In this document: positions 37,208-50,680 of the stretch, one piece after another | How the letters are laid out: each line of letters opens with the position of its first letter | How positions within the stretch are numbered: the first letter of the stretch is position 1 | DNA from: Spongospora subterranea f. sp. subterranea | Lineage: Eukaryota | Length of the DNA: 64,000 bases | Assembly: GCA_049724395.1 (NCBI GenBank) | Contig: JAUGWO010000024.1 | Location: 1 to 64,000, forward strand | Direction of reading: 5' to 3' | Notes under the pieces: generated by a model | Seen by the model: the letters and a program-made list of their open reading frames with translations, nothing else | Database searches by the model: none | What the model was told of the DNA's origin: nothing | Position numbers and translations under genes: made by a program

Positions 37208-39312
37208 CAACTATTAACTACAAGCATATCCGGAGTAGCAGCGTCATTATCATCACCACCATCGTCGTCGTCTGATAAGGTTATCGTGATACATTTTTGT
37301 TCATCCTAAAACAGTCAGCATTAGGTTCCGAAAACGACTGAACTGCAGGAAGTACAGAGTAGAGCCCAGCTGATCTTAGATTGGTGAGGACAAAATCAAT
37401 ATCGATTTGATCAGGCGATCCCTCATATGATCCTTCGGGAAAGAGGGTGGAAAACGCGGTCACACTACATGGTAATAACATATCCCCGAATGCTTGACAT
37501 AATGGGATGATATTCTGTTCAGAGGCCAAGAGAACTAGCTGTTGGCAACATCTGACAAGCGTTTCCTGGAAAACAATAAAAATCAAAATTGCAGCAGCAA
37601 GTCAATTCTGTCATCAAAGCTGGCCTGTAAGGAGTTCGCGATATCGGGAATGAGATTAAGCGGCAGACACTCTCGTGCTTGTTCAATCGCATTGAATAGA
37701 GAGCGGACTGTGACAGAAATACTATCAGCGAAAATAACGTCAAGTAAACAAACGTATGCCTGACTCAATATCGCTAATGGCGGAAAGTTCAAAATTCCAA
37801 CAGGTACCTCAATCGCGCGTTCTCCTTGAACACCGATGCCTAATTTCGATAGCATTGCCTCATCGACGAACCTAAACCTGCAATTTACTTTATGATACGA
37901 CTTGAAAGTAAATCCCTACCATGCATGGGTTGTTAATGAGCTGGTAAATGATTCCAGAGCGGTGTCCATAGACCGAGAGAACAACATTAGTATATGTTGG
38001 GAGAAAATAGGGACGAGGATCGCGCGGAAATCGATTCCAATGGCACCGAGTGACATTCCACAATACATCGCCTACATTCAACTGTAAAACGTGAAGTTGC
38101 GGTGGTGACCGCAGATTAACCTGTTCTAAAAGAGTAGCGACGGATGACCCGTTTGTGATTTTCGGCAGTTGGGTTTGTAGTGTACCGAAGATGGCGGTTA
38201 GGCGATGGGAGACCCTAAAGAATATTGAAAAACCTGCTCTGAATGAACAGGAATTCTTACCAAAGATGAAGCAATTTATCATCGTCAGCGAACATCGCCT
38301 GAAACTGGGTCACGATCTCGAATAAATGGACACGGATCAGATCCAGGTATTTACTGGTGAACACCAGCGGAGACGATTCCCGCAATGACTCCAACGCAAG
38401 GGAAGATTCCAGCCATGTCTCCCTACGCTGCAAAAATTGCATACGAATCTCTGCCTCAGTAAACCTGATAAATGCTTCAGCACAGATGCTTGCGAAAAAA
38501 CATTTGAGAGCAACCATGATAAACTATCTGAATAAAAAGTGTGTACCTGTCTATTCTTCTGATATAGGCAATGGTTTGCAGCGATATTGGCAATTGGATG
38601 ACAGTCTCTAACGATTTCAATAAATCCTGCAATAATATATCTGTGGCTTTATCGACAGCCAATGCGATATAGGAGATAATTTTGATATCAGGATTTCGCC
38701 TTAGCAGCGTCTTCGCATGATCGCGAAGATCTGTTTGGAAATTTAGTGAATGATTGGCAAACTACAGTGATGAAAGGCGACCTAAAGCTGAATCATACGA
38801 CCCCTCTGCGATACAAGTCTCCATTAAGAAAGGAATGTCTAATATGTCTACTAAATGTGGATAGCACTCGCTAAGGTTTGCCTGAATCTCCTACAGTTCA
38901 AATCAATCAATCAACATCTCCTTTTAGTCCAGAAAAATAGAGCACCATATCTGAGTTTTGCGAAGCGTTTTTTTCTGATAGAGACTTGATTTTGGTGGAA
39001 AGTTTGCTGACAATGCCATGGAGAGACGATAGCGACTGATCAACGTCCAATGTTCTCGTTCGGCAGCGCGAGAGGCAAGAAGATGTCTCCAAGAATTGCC
39101 TGTACTAAATGTTATATCGCCGCTACAGTTGTCCTGATTGTTGACCTGTAATTATTGATAGCGAGCTGTTGAATATCTTCCTGTAGCTTGGTTTGCTCGG
39201 CTGCCTGACGACCTGGTTCCGTACGAATCCGACCCAAGTCCCACTGTGTGAGCTCCATCATGAAGCGGTCCTTGAAGCGATCTTGGTCATGACTTCCATC
39301 CCCCATCTCCAT
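37208..39312 (-). CDS. COG8: conserved oligomeric Golgi complex subunit 8 (Dor1 family), multi-exon
   Basis: LGRIRTEP..LQEDIQQLAINNY, LVDILDIPFLMETCI, IQLPISLQTIAYIRR, FTEAEIRMQFLQRRETWL, RVHLFEIVTQFQAMF, MSLGAIGIDFRAIL, LNFPPLA; 3' end approximate. Confidence 0.88.
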
Positions 39313-39589
39313 AAGTGGGTCCTCTCGTCTCTTTTAACTCTTCTGGGTCCCTGAAACCCACTCAGCAAGGCCGCATTCAACATCTGCCAAGGGTCGCGCA
39401 CACTACACATTTCAACAGTCATTCACTTCCGCACAACTCATGCACTCAACCAAACTCATGAATCAGTTCACATCAGAATTCATTATGAAGATGTTTAGCA
39501 GTATTTCGAAGGCCATGGACACAATCAACGGGCCAATGGCTCATTTACGATATTGATAGATAATGATACGGTAGGACGGAATACGAGAG

Positions 39590-39714
39590 CCGCAACTCCA
39601 CGCCAGTTGACATCAATTTCTCTCCATCCCCCAACCGCAACTCCACGCCAGTTGACATCAATTTCTCTCCATCCCAGTACCGCAACTCCACGCCAGTTGA
39701 CATCAATTTCTCTC
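39590..39714. repeat. 45-bp tandem repeat, ~2.8 copies
   Basis: ccgcaactccacgccagttgacatcaatttctctc at 39590, 39635 and 39680. Confidence 0.92.
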
Positions 39715-39815
39715 AAGCAATCTGAAATATCTTTTTGTCTTTCGACCAGGTTGTCAACTGACAATAAGAGCTATCGTCGCTTTGCCTGAACAAATTCGAA
39801 TCTCATCAGCCCGTC

Positions 39816-41240
39816 ATGGTTAATCGCATTGATTGTGGCAATGACGTTGTCGATTTTTTGCAGCAGCGGCTAGATACCGTTGAATCCAGCGACGAAATAT
39901 CTCGACGGCCTCGCGAACATCGTCAGATTATTGCTAGTGTTCGCACCGTGCAGAGATGGTTTCAAACGGCACGGCCTGATTCGCTGTATTGCTCCGACAG
40001 CGCTGCAGCGTTCCAATGAATGGTTGGCTGACGTCGAACGCATGATTCGTCGTGGAACTGACGTACGAGCAAGTTTTGCACTTTATGCAGAATGAATATA
40101 ACGAAAACTATATCACCTGCGCACGTTAGAGTATATTATTCAGGTATTGATCGTGATTGATTGATTGTGAAGGTTTGCCATAGGGAATATTGAATGACGC
40201 TGTTCGATTGTAGGTAAAGGGGATCAGCACCCGGGAGCACGTGCCGCAAACGTTGGTCGAATCAATGGTCGCTCTGGAATTTCAGGGTGACGGTCGTTCG
40301 ATGGGCTGTCGAACGATGACGTTAAGGTTTGCGAGAGACGTACAATATAAACGGGACACGTGATGCGGTCAATGAGGCCCAATGCGATCTCGATCTCGGT
40401 GCAACCGCATCTCGTCGGGAAAGGCGTTTAACACGTCGGAAGTATGAGGTCGCGGGTCCTAATGCGTTGTGGCACATCGACCAGAACGATAAATTGCGAC
40501 CGTTCAGAATTCAAGATACATGGTGCAATCGATGGATGGTCTCGTAAACTGATGTGGTTGAGAATGGGATCGTCTAATCGCCTGCCAGAGCAAATCCTCG
40601 CGTACTACCTTTCTGCGGTTGAAAGTGTTGGGTGCATGCCAGCCCGTCAGCGAACAGATCTCGGCGCGGGGAACACAATGATTGCTGCCGTTCTGTGCCA
40701 TTTTTATGGGCAGAGAGCTCATATTTTCGACCGCTCAGTTGCCAACCAGAGAATTTAATGTTGGTGGAACCAGGTGTACTCAATGGGTATACAGTTCTGG
40801 ATCGATTTTTTCAAAAATTTGAGTGCGACGGAAACTACAACGTCGACGACGATTACGAATACCGTTGCGCCATTTTCGTGTTCGGTGATCTTCTTGAAGA
40901 AACCCTTGACAATATATTTGAGGAGTGGAATGCATATAAGGTGCGAAAGAGCAGTAAGAATCCAGGAGGTGCCCCCGACTTTCAGTTTGCGTATCCGGAA
41001 CTGCATGGCGCTGTTCAATCAGACAATGTCATCCCACCATTGCTTATGCAGTATTGTCACGCTGCGTTCCCGGGATCTGACGCTGATCTCGATGACCTAT
41101 TCGGTGTCAAGATGGACCGTCCCGTTTTCAAAGCTGCTTTAGAATTGCAGCAACTGCTCCCTGTCACTCAGAATAACATGTTGACTGCATACCTCTACCT
41201 ACGAGAGATTCGAGAGGCGATTATTACACTGATTTCGTAG
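39816..41240 (+). mobile_element. inactivated integrase-core DDE transposase, IS3EU-like
   Basis: RRLTRRKYEVAGPNALWHIDQNDKL, IHGAIDGWSRKLMWL, PARQRTDLG, RSVANQRI* (expected E codon is TAA), EWNAYKVRKS; several frameshifts. Confidence 0.8.
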
Positions 41241-41789
41241 TCGAAGAGCGCTGATCAGCGAGTAGATCGGTCTGACATGGTTTATACAGAACATGAGTCT
41301 CTTCCCACTGTTGCACGAAGGTATCTACTGTCGTATTCTGGTCCAATAGGTTCCTTCAGTGGATGTCCAATCTACTTGTAGTGGCCAGGCGGAAGTAGGG
41401 AAAACCTGGTGCAGTACACAGGATTACCCGACCAATAAGAACCATAGTGTCGTATGATGAACTCTGTACCGACAACCGACTCAGATAAACGAGGCAGTTT
41501 TTAAAGAGCAAATGGTTGCAGAATATTTGTATTGGAAGCAAAACGAAAAACGCTACTCGGCATCGCGAAAACGAGATGACATTCGATTGGCAATGTCGTT
41601 GTCGCGTATGACCGATTTCATACGAATGGCGTGGCGTCTAGATTTGATTCGGCCTGGCGTTTTGATTGACACTTCGCCGTTGCTTTACAAATAAATGGGG
41701 GTCGGATCGCCATCAGAAGCCTCTTGCTCTTGCATATCGTGCTCTTCCGTTTCGTCCGCGTCTATCGTGACCGATTCTACTACTGGATA

Positions 41790-42029
41790 ACTATGTCCGT
41801 TGATGATAATCTTGAGTTGGCATGGGAAATGTCGACAGGGATTCAATTGTGGCATTTGTTGAAGAGCACGATATGTAACCTGTTGTGCGCGATGCTTAAC
41901 GTAACTAACATCCAATATGAATTGGAGATGGACAATTTCGTCGCACAGCAGGTTGATTCAACAAATGCACACAATTAAATCCCTGTCAACATTTCCCATG
42001 CCAAACAAGTTATCATCAACGGACATAGT
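41790..42029. repeat. inverted duplication, ~73-bp arms, ~93-bp spacer
   Basis: 41790-41863 is the reverse complement, with a few mismatches/indels, of 41957-42029. Confidence 0.88.
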
Positions 42030-45000
42030 CACGAGTTTAGGAGTAAACTGCCCGCCGGCATCTTGCACATTAAGAGCCATTGGGCAGCGGTCGGAGTGCA
42101 CGTAGGTAAACATGAGCGAACGCGGTCGCGATTAGGCGATCGGTTTTCACTCGTTGACTCGTCTTTGGCGTAATGGCAGCAATGACGCCCTGATTACTTA
42201 CCAACTTAACGAACTTGTGTCGCATCTGGCGCTCGAATTTGCCAAAAAAAAAACGCTGATTTGACCATGCGACGGAGTTAAGATATTGCCGTCATTAAGG
42301 GGAAGATCAATCGCGTCTGGCAAAAGTTCCAGTACCACTGAATCGGAAAATTTGACGTCATATCTGGTGTCGTTAATAGACTTGTTAAAAATTCCAGATG
42401 CGTGTGGACCAGAGCGCCAACTGCTGAACATGTCTTGTGTGAATCTGAAGCTTATCGTGTTTGCGCAGCCGCATCTTTTCAAAGACGACCACGTCTTCAC
42501 CAAATGATGGTCGAAAGAGGGAGTCCTTGTACACAACTTTGAGTGCACCATCTTCAACAGCCTTTTCCATATTGGGAAATCGACCATTCCGTGCAATGTA
42601 GCAGTCGCTGTGTCCAATTGCCGCATTCGACCACGTGTAAAATCGACACGGTCATGCTAGCGGTGCCGGAATCAGCTTTCGTTGCATCATACATCTCTTG
42701 GAATGATCGGCCATTAAGATCACCAAAGACATCGGCCGCTGTTGACAACCTGCCTGTTCGAACTGGTGGAACAATCAGCGGAGCGAATTTCTTGCACCAC
42801 TGTGCGTCCCAGATCGCAAATAGGGCATGTCATTGACAAAAGCATCAAACCTCGTTAGATCCAACGTCGGCGAAACAACCTCATTGTCGGATTGGTCGTG
42901 GCAAATCAACCACAGTTGCTTCTTCTACTTGGAACTGGATAAGTTGAAAGGAAAGGCTTCGAACTTGGTACCAGCTTCAATCAAAGCGCCGTACACGTGG
43001 CCAGATCGTAAGTGAAGCCGTCTCTCCAAGCTGGATAAGGAAACAGAGCCTCCACCGACTCGGCAACGGCGCAATCATACGATTCGGATCTCAGAAACAC
43101 CACGTTGACGGCGGGAATCTTGTCGAGCTTGGACCGGCCGGCGCGATTCTTCATCGTACTCCTACGGAACGGCCATCACGTTTGCCTTTAGAAAAGGTTT
43201 TGACGCTGGGAGCACACCTCGGCGTGTGTTGGCCCTGGACCGACCCACTTCTACGTTTGTTTGCTTCATCTCTTTAAACGGCCTGTTGTACTGTCTGTCG
43301 GACGGCAGCCAAATTGCTGGGGCATTGAATGGCGCAAGCACCTTGAGGCATCCCGCTACTTAACGCAAAACATCGTCCAAAAAAGAGGTATTCTAACCGC
43401 TAGAAAATGCTGAGTTGCGGAACGGGGATGGAGAGAAAATCAATGTCAAATGGCGCGGAATTGCGGTTCTCGAAAAAACGTGACCCATAGTACATAAATT
43501 GCCAAAGCTTTTCAGTTGGCGCTTTCGAACAACCTTTTTTTTCCTCAGGTCTTTTTGATCGATGAGCAGATATGTAAAAACTAAAAACACGAGAATTCAA
43601 GCGTGAAGCGCAGCCGTTGCTAGCACAGCCGCTCGCCACGCAAACCCGCCGTTGTCCCTGGCCTTCGTTGCCCCCGTCCGGTTCGCGCCCGATCCGCGGT
43701 CGCCAAACGTGTCACCTGGGCGCCTGCTGAGAAGGTGTGACGTAGCAGGAGCTGAATGAACCCGAGATAACTTGCCCCTAATTCGACTCCAACTTCAGGG
43801 CAGGCATGAGAACTATTTTTGACGCGTACGCCACGAGGTCAGTCATGACCTCAAGCCATACATATAGTTTTAGGTATGAAAATCAAACAAGAAGAGAACG
43901 TGCCGACGAGATTGTTTGCCTCACGCTTGTCTGAAGCGGTCTTCCGAGTCCGATGGGCGATACCAGAAAACGTGCTCCACATAACTGCAGAATTCGAGGC
44001 AATGGTCATGTTGTTGGATGATCACAGTCGATTTTCAACTCTCACTATGTAGCATCTCAAATGTTCAGGATAGTGACGTACCGCTAAGCGCTGAGAAGTG
44101 ATCTCGATAATGCTTGAGAAAGAACAAGTGGGACTGCAACTCGTTCTCTTCTTGTTTGATTGATATGTAAAACTAGATATGGCTCGAATCATGACTGATA
44201 TCGTCGCTCTATGGTAGACTTTGAAAATAACTCTCCACGCTTGCCTGAAGTGCTGTGTGGGGTATATCACTGATAAAATTGAGACGAATCTCTGAGGTCT
44301 TGCTGTAGTTGAGTTTTAGTGTTCAGTTCGGGCAAATTTTCAGAAGGGCGCCCGCCTGTGTCTATTCCGACAATACCTCCTATCCTTCGCATTAGGGCAG
44401 CGTTTTTGAACCAAAAAAGTGAAAATTACAGTCGGTATCAAAATCTGAGTATTTCTGTTCTATCGAGTTAACCCATTTGCCTCCGTCTTGGCGCCAGAAC
44501 GTTCTGTGGTCATTGTAGACTGTAGCTGCTGATGTTGCTGTATTCGCTCGATTGTGCCACTCCACCCGTCTAATTTCGGAGTCGAATTCGTCATCTCACA
44601 AATGTGAGAAATGCTTCGGTAATGCCTGTTGCTGTAATACCTCCCTCGGTCTAGCGTCATGTTCGAGAGCCGGGAGTTTTACAGTTATCTGATCGAATTC
44701 GATCATTAGTGGAGCAAATTTATTTCGTTGAATTGCGCGAGGTGTTGGTATCGGGCTCCCACATGTACCCGATGGGTTTCCGATTATAGGCTGTAAACGA
44801 AGTAGATGGGTCGTGGTCAACCGAACAAGGACATTTAGTTGTGTCGCTCCTTAACGAACACCGATATGGCTCCTCTTTGACGTCAAGATGTTGTCCTTCG
44901 GTTTCAGGGAACGGCCAATACAGCTTGTTTCCAACACTAAGATGATTCCCGATGCGTCGAATGAACCCTTGAGGAGTCAACGAGGCTAAAGACCAGAGGT

Positions 45001-45439
45001 ACGAACCTGCAAAGGGTTGGCCGTACTGAACAACAAAGAGATATACACGATTTGGACCTGCTTGGCTGGAATGATATTGCCTGTAGAATTTCGAAGAAAA
45101 ATGGTTTTCATGAAGAGTGCAAGGCTCGAGGTTTGCCCTGCATCCTCCCAGCCACCATTGCCGTTGAGGGCAACATCAAAAGCCACCGCTGGCGACAAAT
45201 CCCAAGACTAGGTCTCGGGGTGCTGGTGTCGCCTAAAATCAGCACCTGGCCAGCATGGGATCCGAGTCCATTTATGCCTTCAATGACTAAACCGAAACGC
45301 CGATTGCTGAGCTCGTTATTGGCAACACACTCGGCCTGGCCCTGATCGATTCCTGTTCGGCAGTAATCCTCATGAGCTTCACCTGTTGCCATACCGGATA
45401 CAAGGAACAGAAGGACATCTCCTCAAGCATCACGATTGT

Positions 45440-46260
45440 GGCCTTTAATGGTTCGACAAGCGTCCGACCACTGTGTCATATCTTCTACCGGTTCGCATTG
45501 GAGGGTCCATAGAACTAACGTCATATTCCTGATCTCCGGCCGCGCCTCTACTCCAGTACTGCTGGGAACCCAGCACTGCGAGCCTTTCGCCGTTTTCCTG
45601 CATTTGAGATACGAGTTGACGAATTTCGCACATCAGATTCCATGCCGGGCCAAAACGCGAACTTGGATAGCGTTGGATGGCCAACAACTCGCGACCCAGG
45701 GCCCATTTCGGACACAACAGGACTATCCAACTGCGTCCACGTTTGCGTACTGGCCCGGCATGGATTCTGATGTACAAGAGTTCGTCACCTTGTGTCTCAA
45801 ATGCCGGAAGTTCAACATAGTCAAACCTAATCGAGCACCCAAGATGATCAAGCGCACGCCGCCTTCCTGCCCTCATCGACCCAAATCCACATAGAGCACT
45901 TCGGTCCCCTCAACCGGTCAAATCGCGACAACTGTCCTTACCGTCGTACGCCTTACGTCTTGGTTCGTTCGATTTCCGCCGGTCAAAAACAAAGGCGCAC
46001 GCGAAACAGCCGACATTTGTCGAACTGTTCTGCCAGGAATCGTTTCCGACTCAGATAACCAGGGCTAAGCCTAATTAGCTCAGGCCCACTTTTCGAAGCT
46101 CTCTCTACGGCTGTTGCCTTGAAGCTGGCGATTACGGTATCACACCGCCCGAAACGAAACGCTCTGGCCGAACGACCATATGACTTTCCTAGGATCGCCT
46201 CAAGACCGGTTGAAAGACACATTCAACGTATGGTACCGTTGAGCTTCGATACCTCTGTCG
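45440..46260 (+). mobile_element. gypsy-type integrase fragments, with an inverted second copy of the zinc-binding module
   Basis: YWPGMDSDVQEFVTLCLKCRK on +; FWPGMESDVRNS on - (45595-45662); HRPKRNALAER resembles the integrase HPQxxGxxER motif. Confidence 0.6.
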
Positions 46261-46369
46261 AAGGCGACGACGCCACCGGGGACGTGACGGACGACGATGG
46301 GATCGCCTGCATCGACCCCTACGACAGCGCCTCCGAGACCGGTTCCGACTATTCCAACGATGACGTCAA

Positions 46370-46468
46370 TGACGCTGACAACGACTGCTCAATCGTCAGG
46401 ATTTTCCAAGGCGCATCCTGACGCTGACAACGACTGCTCAATCGTCAGGATTTTTCCAAGGCGCATCC
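46370..46468. repeat. 49-bp tandem duplication
   Basis: tgacgctgacaacgactgctcaatcgtcaggattttccaaggcgcatcc x2, differing by one T. Confidence 0.9.
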
Positions 46469-47081
46469 TTCCGCGTCGATTACCCACAATTCAACCAAAA
46501 TTGCACTTCGCTCAGCAAATCGATAGGACACCATGTCAGGTGCAATCATGTTCAAACATCGAATCGCCAATTCAGAAAAAAATCGTTTATTGTACTTGAC
46601 GAACTGAGAACACAAAGGTTCGTGAGTTGTAGACAATGTAATGGGTTCCATTATCGGAATCCAGTGACGCAAGTTGCGATGGATTCGTGCCAGCTCAGCC
46701 GGTCACAACAAGCGACTGCACTCCTGTCCACAATTCGACCACAATCGATGTCCATTGGCGAGGTGCATCATCTGTATCTCTGGCAGAGGAAAATGGAAGG
46801 AATAGTCGCGAGGCTTTAGGTCTTAAGGCACGACACTTGTACTCAGAGTCGTGCTCGACGAGGAAACATATGACATTCGTTTTAACGTTGATCTGATTAC
46901 GAGCGGTCGTCGTGGGATAGATGTCGTCATTCCTATACAGCCTGGCCAGCTGACATGATCCTGCTTGGCCCTGGCTTCCTCGTCACAGGGATTAGGGTCT
47001 GGCGAACTCGATCGGGTTGCCAGGAGCAGGTGGCAGGTCAAAGGCGAAGTGGACTGGCCTGGCGTCTCAGGCCCTGCTCTA

Positions 47082-50000
47082 ATGGCCCAACCCGGTCCCA
47101 AAGGATCTCGCCCTTTGCCCACGCAGTCGCCCCAGAAAAAACTCCCTAGACCACCTTCTACAGATGTCGCCATCAACAGCGGGAATTTTGATCGAGGACC
47201 AAATAGGGTAGTTCACACCAAACTTTTCTGGCATCATCCTCTTGTTTAGTCAATCAAACGTTCGATTCTTATTCGATTATATGACACTCATGAATTTCGC
47301 AAAGTTGTTGACGAATTCACCTCTCAACAAGTTTTTTTTACCATCCCGTTTTTAGTTTTAGCATTGAAGAATTTGTATCCTGACGCATTTCAATGTTGAG
47401 ACCCTGTTTCCTCACGTTGCTCCTTATCAACCAACTTTGCAAATATGCTGTTTTACCAGGCGCTGCCGACTCCTCCTGTTCGTACATCGATTCCAGCTGT
47501 GGCTACAAGCACCCCTAATATTTCATCGCGGTTGACGAAGAACATCTCGTCATCATCACAGCCGGACTCGTTCCGCTTGCCGACCGGTTCTGGCAAGTTC
47601 GAGCCGCCGCCGCGATCCGATTTGGGCCCAACCGTTGCTGCCCACCCATCTCGTCTGGAAACCGACCATCGCTCGTTGGGGTCGGGATCCAGGTTTGAAC
47701 TCGACACTCGCTCGTCGAATTCCGGCCGATTTGAACAATTTAAGCGGACAACAAGGACCGACTCTGCTCGTCTGGACGAAAATAAGAGCTCAGGTCGTCA
47801 TGAACCACGAACACCCTCTGTCGACGAGTTAAAACCATCTCAATTCCGAACCACTTCTAACGAATACGATCCTATCAAAGTGTGTTCGCTGATGTCTTGT
47901 TTCCGGCTTGTTTAACACCGTCCGTTTAAAGGAGTTCGATTCTGCCAATGCGCTGCCCAAAGCGGCGAAACTGGTCAGCCGCATCCATGCAGCACACCAT
48001 CGAAACTCGCCCTCTAGCGGTGCAGGGAGTTTAGATAGTGATTCATCTTCAACACACACTTACACGGATTCGGATGAGTTCGTGGCGCTGCCCTCGTCAT
48101 CGCAGCAGGCGTCGGTGGAAGTCGTTAAGGTCCAGCATGCCGACGCTGTCATGTTTGTTGGGGCCACTGGGGAAAGCGATTCGCAGGTATTTCCAACGTT
48201 CACTTCTCAATCCGCCCGTCTTAAACCTCCTAAATTGTTTGTTACGACAAGGTTCGAGAGGAGATCAGGCTCATGACAATATTGAGGGATATTCAAAACC
48301 AATATGGGGAGAATAGTGCTGAAGCGCTCACCCCATTAGAGGAGCTGGCCGCTCTCTTTGAGGAATCAGGCAATTATGAGCGAAGACGCGACGTTTTGTC
48401 AAAACTAGTCGATTTGAAAGTGGTTGGTTTATCGAGCCGCTATTGAAACTGTTGCGGAATGATTTAAATGGAGATTAGGTTTTATTTGGAGATGATCATC
48501 CTAATATATCAGATAGTTTGGCAGAACTGGGTCGGGCTTGTCTGGTTTTGGGAGATGACGTCCGCGCGAATGAGACTCTGGAGCGAGCCTTGCGGATAGA
48601 CGAGATGGAATGGGGTCTGGATCATTACAATCTTGCCAAAACGCTAGTTCTGTTAGGTAATCTCCCGCTACTCGGTATATCCCTCTTGGTTTCATGATGA
48701 GGTGTTGTCTAGGGCATACATATGCTCGACTCGGAAAGATTCCTGAACAACGGGCCTCCTCTGAAAGGGCTGTTAAAGTATTAGGCAAGAATTATATGCC
48801 GTTGTTGCTTGCTTCTGTTTGGCGTTCTGTAATATTGTGACTGGTTATTGTACATTGATGTTCTCTAGTTGATTTTCATCTTGTATTGTTTTCGCAAGTC
48901 TGATTTACCAATTAGATCCACTCGATGACTGTGATGATTATCCCGAATTGACCGAGGCTCTTTCATTGGCCAGCGATGCTTACCAGAAAATGGGTGATCA
49001 CGTGCACCAGTTGGAATCGTCGCTTCGCGAGCTGCGTGTCCGGTCGGAACAGGCCGGTCCCAACAATATTGCTCTAGTCCCCGTCATGAGAACCTTAGCC
49101 AATGCGTACGACTCATTGGGGCAGTTTCAGAACGAAAAGGAAATCCTGGAACAAGCAACAAAAATTCAGGTTTATCTCTTGAACATTGTTATCCGTTTCC
49201 CGTGTTCAAAAACGGATTCAATTTTCGTACCGTGTTGACTTCTTGCTACAGGATGCGGATCCAACCGAAAATGATTCCCCGAAATTGATTTGGACGTTGT
49301 CGATGTTGGCCAGAACGTATTCCCAGCTGGAGGAGTTCGAGTCAGCCAGGACCACTCTGCAACGTGTTCTGGGTATCAAACGTAAGCGATATGGGCCCAC
49401 CACGTCGACGGTTCTTCAGACTTTATGGGAACTTGCCGGAGTCGCTGATGGTTAGTCGTAGTAATTGGAGTTATCTGCCATGAAACTTGACCATGGCCAT
49501 AGATTTGAACGAATTAGGTGAATCGCAGCGGTACCTTGACGAAAGTTTAAGTTTATCTGAAGAATTGTATGGCCCTCGTGATCGCCGCGTTGCATTTGTT
49601 CTCGCATATCTGGCGTTGTGCCACGCTAAACAAGGTAGCCAAGGGAGACCGGAACTTCGATGTGGTTTTTGAGGATGTTGGGAATAGGGGATGCCAGTAT
49701 TTTGATGGATAGCTATCAACGGTCACTAGCGACGCTGGAGGAGATATATGGCGTTAACCATGTAATATTTGCCAATACACTGAAGCTGTTTGGGAAAGCG
49801 TCTTGTGAGCTGGGAGATTTCACAAAACAGAGAAAAATACTTAAAAAGGTCCGTCATAATGCCATTGTTGTTGTCCAGACAGCTTTGCTTCTTTACGTTC
49901 AATATATTTGTGGTTGCAGTGGATTGAATGTTGTTAATAGGTGCTTACATTAGAACAATCTCTTCATGAACCTGGCAGTGAGCCCATTGCTATAACTATG

Positions 50001-50635
50001 GCCGAATTAGGGCGATGCGAAGGCCGCCTAGGAAACTTAGTTGTGCAGAGGGAACTCCAGGTAAGTTTTTTTTTTCTCCAAGCGAGATTGTGAATGTAGT
50101 TTTAAATTCTAGGAGCAAGCATTGCAATTTTTAACTCGATTCGATTCGCCCTTGCATATTCGGTCTAGAATATTACTTGATCTTGCAAGATGTTATACTG
50201 ATATGGGAGAGCATGAATTAGCTCGTGACGCACTGCTGAGGTTGACTAAGCTCGAGGAACGAGCCCATGGGCCTGATAGCGTTTTGGTGGCGCTGACGCT
50301 ATTACAATTAGGTAAAGCTCAGTAAGTATCCAATCCATCAAGGCAAAAATACTGATGATTATGGCGAAATTAGTTAGGTGTTATTATGCATTGAACGATC
50401 TAGAAACGGGTCGAGTTGCTCATAAGAGATGCTCGATTGTTTTAAGGAAACAATTCCACGGCGATACGCATCCGATCTTAACCGAGCTAGATTTGTGGAC
50501 AAAGAGATTTTCAACCAAAAGAGTTTAGACGACGCAACTAAACATAATACAATTGCAATAGATCCCTTAACTATCAACCGTTCAGAGGTCATAATCAGGG
50601 AACCAACCACAGTAGTACGGAATTGGTGGGAGTAA
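47082..50635 (+). CDS. TPR-repeat protein (kinesin-light-chain/nephrocystin-3-type repeats) with a long Pro/Ser-rich N-terminus; multi-exon
   Basis: LVPVMRTLANAYDSLG, LSMLARTYSQL..LQRVLGIKRKRYGP, SLSLSEELYGPRDRRVAFVLAYLA, LEEIYGVNHVIFANTL, LEERAHGPDSVLVALTLLQLG; GT-AG introns; start uncertain (47082 vs 47445). Confidence 0.8.
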
Positions 50636-50680
50636 CACTTTGCCAACCGCCTTTTTTGCCAGTAACATAACAATCGTATT

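Noticed and set aside
44400..45400. Chain of short minus-strand ORFs
   Set aside because: Fragmented, with no motif I can recognise
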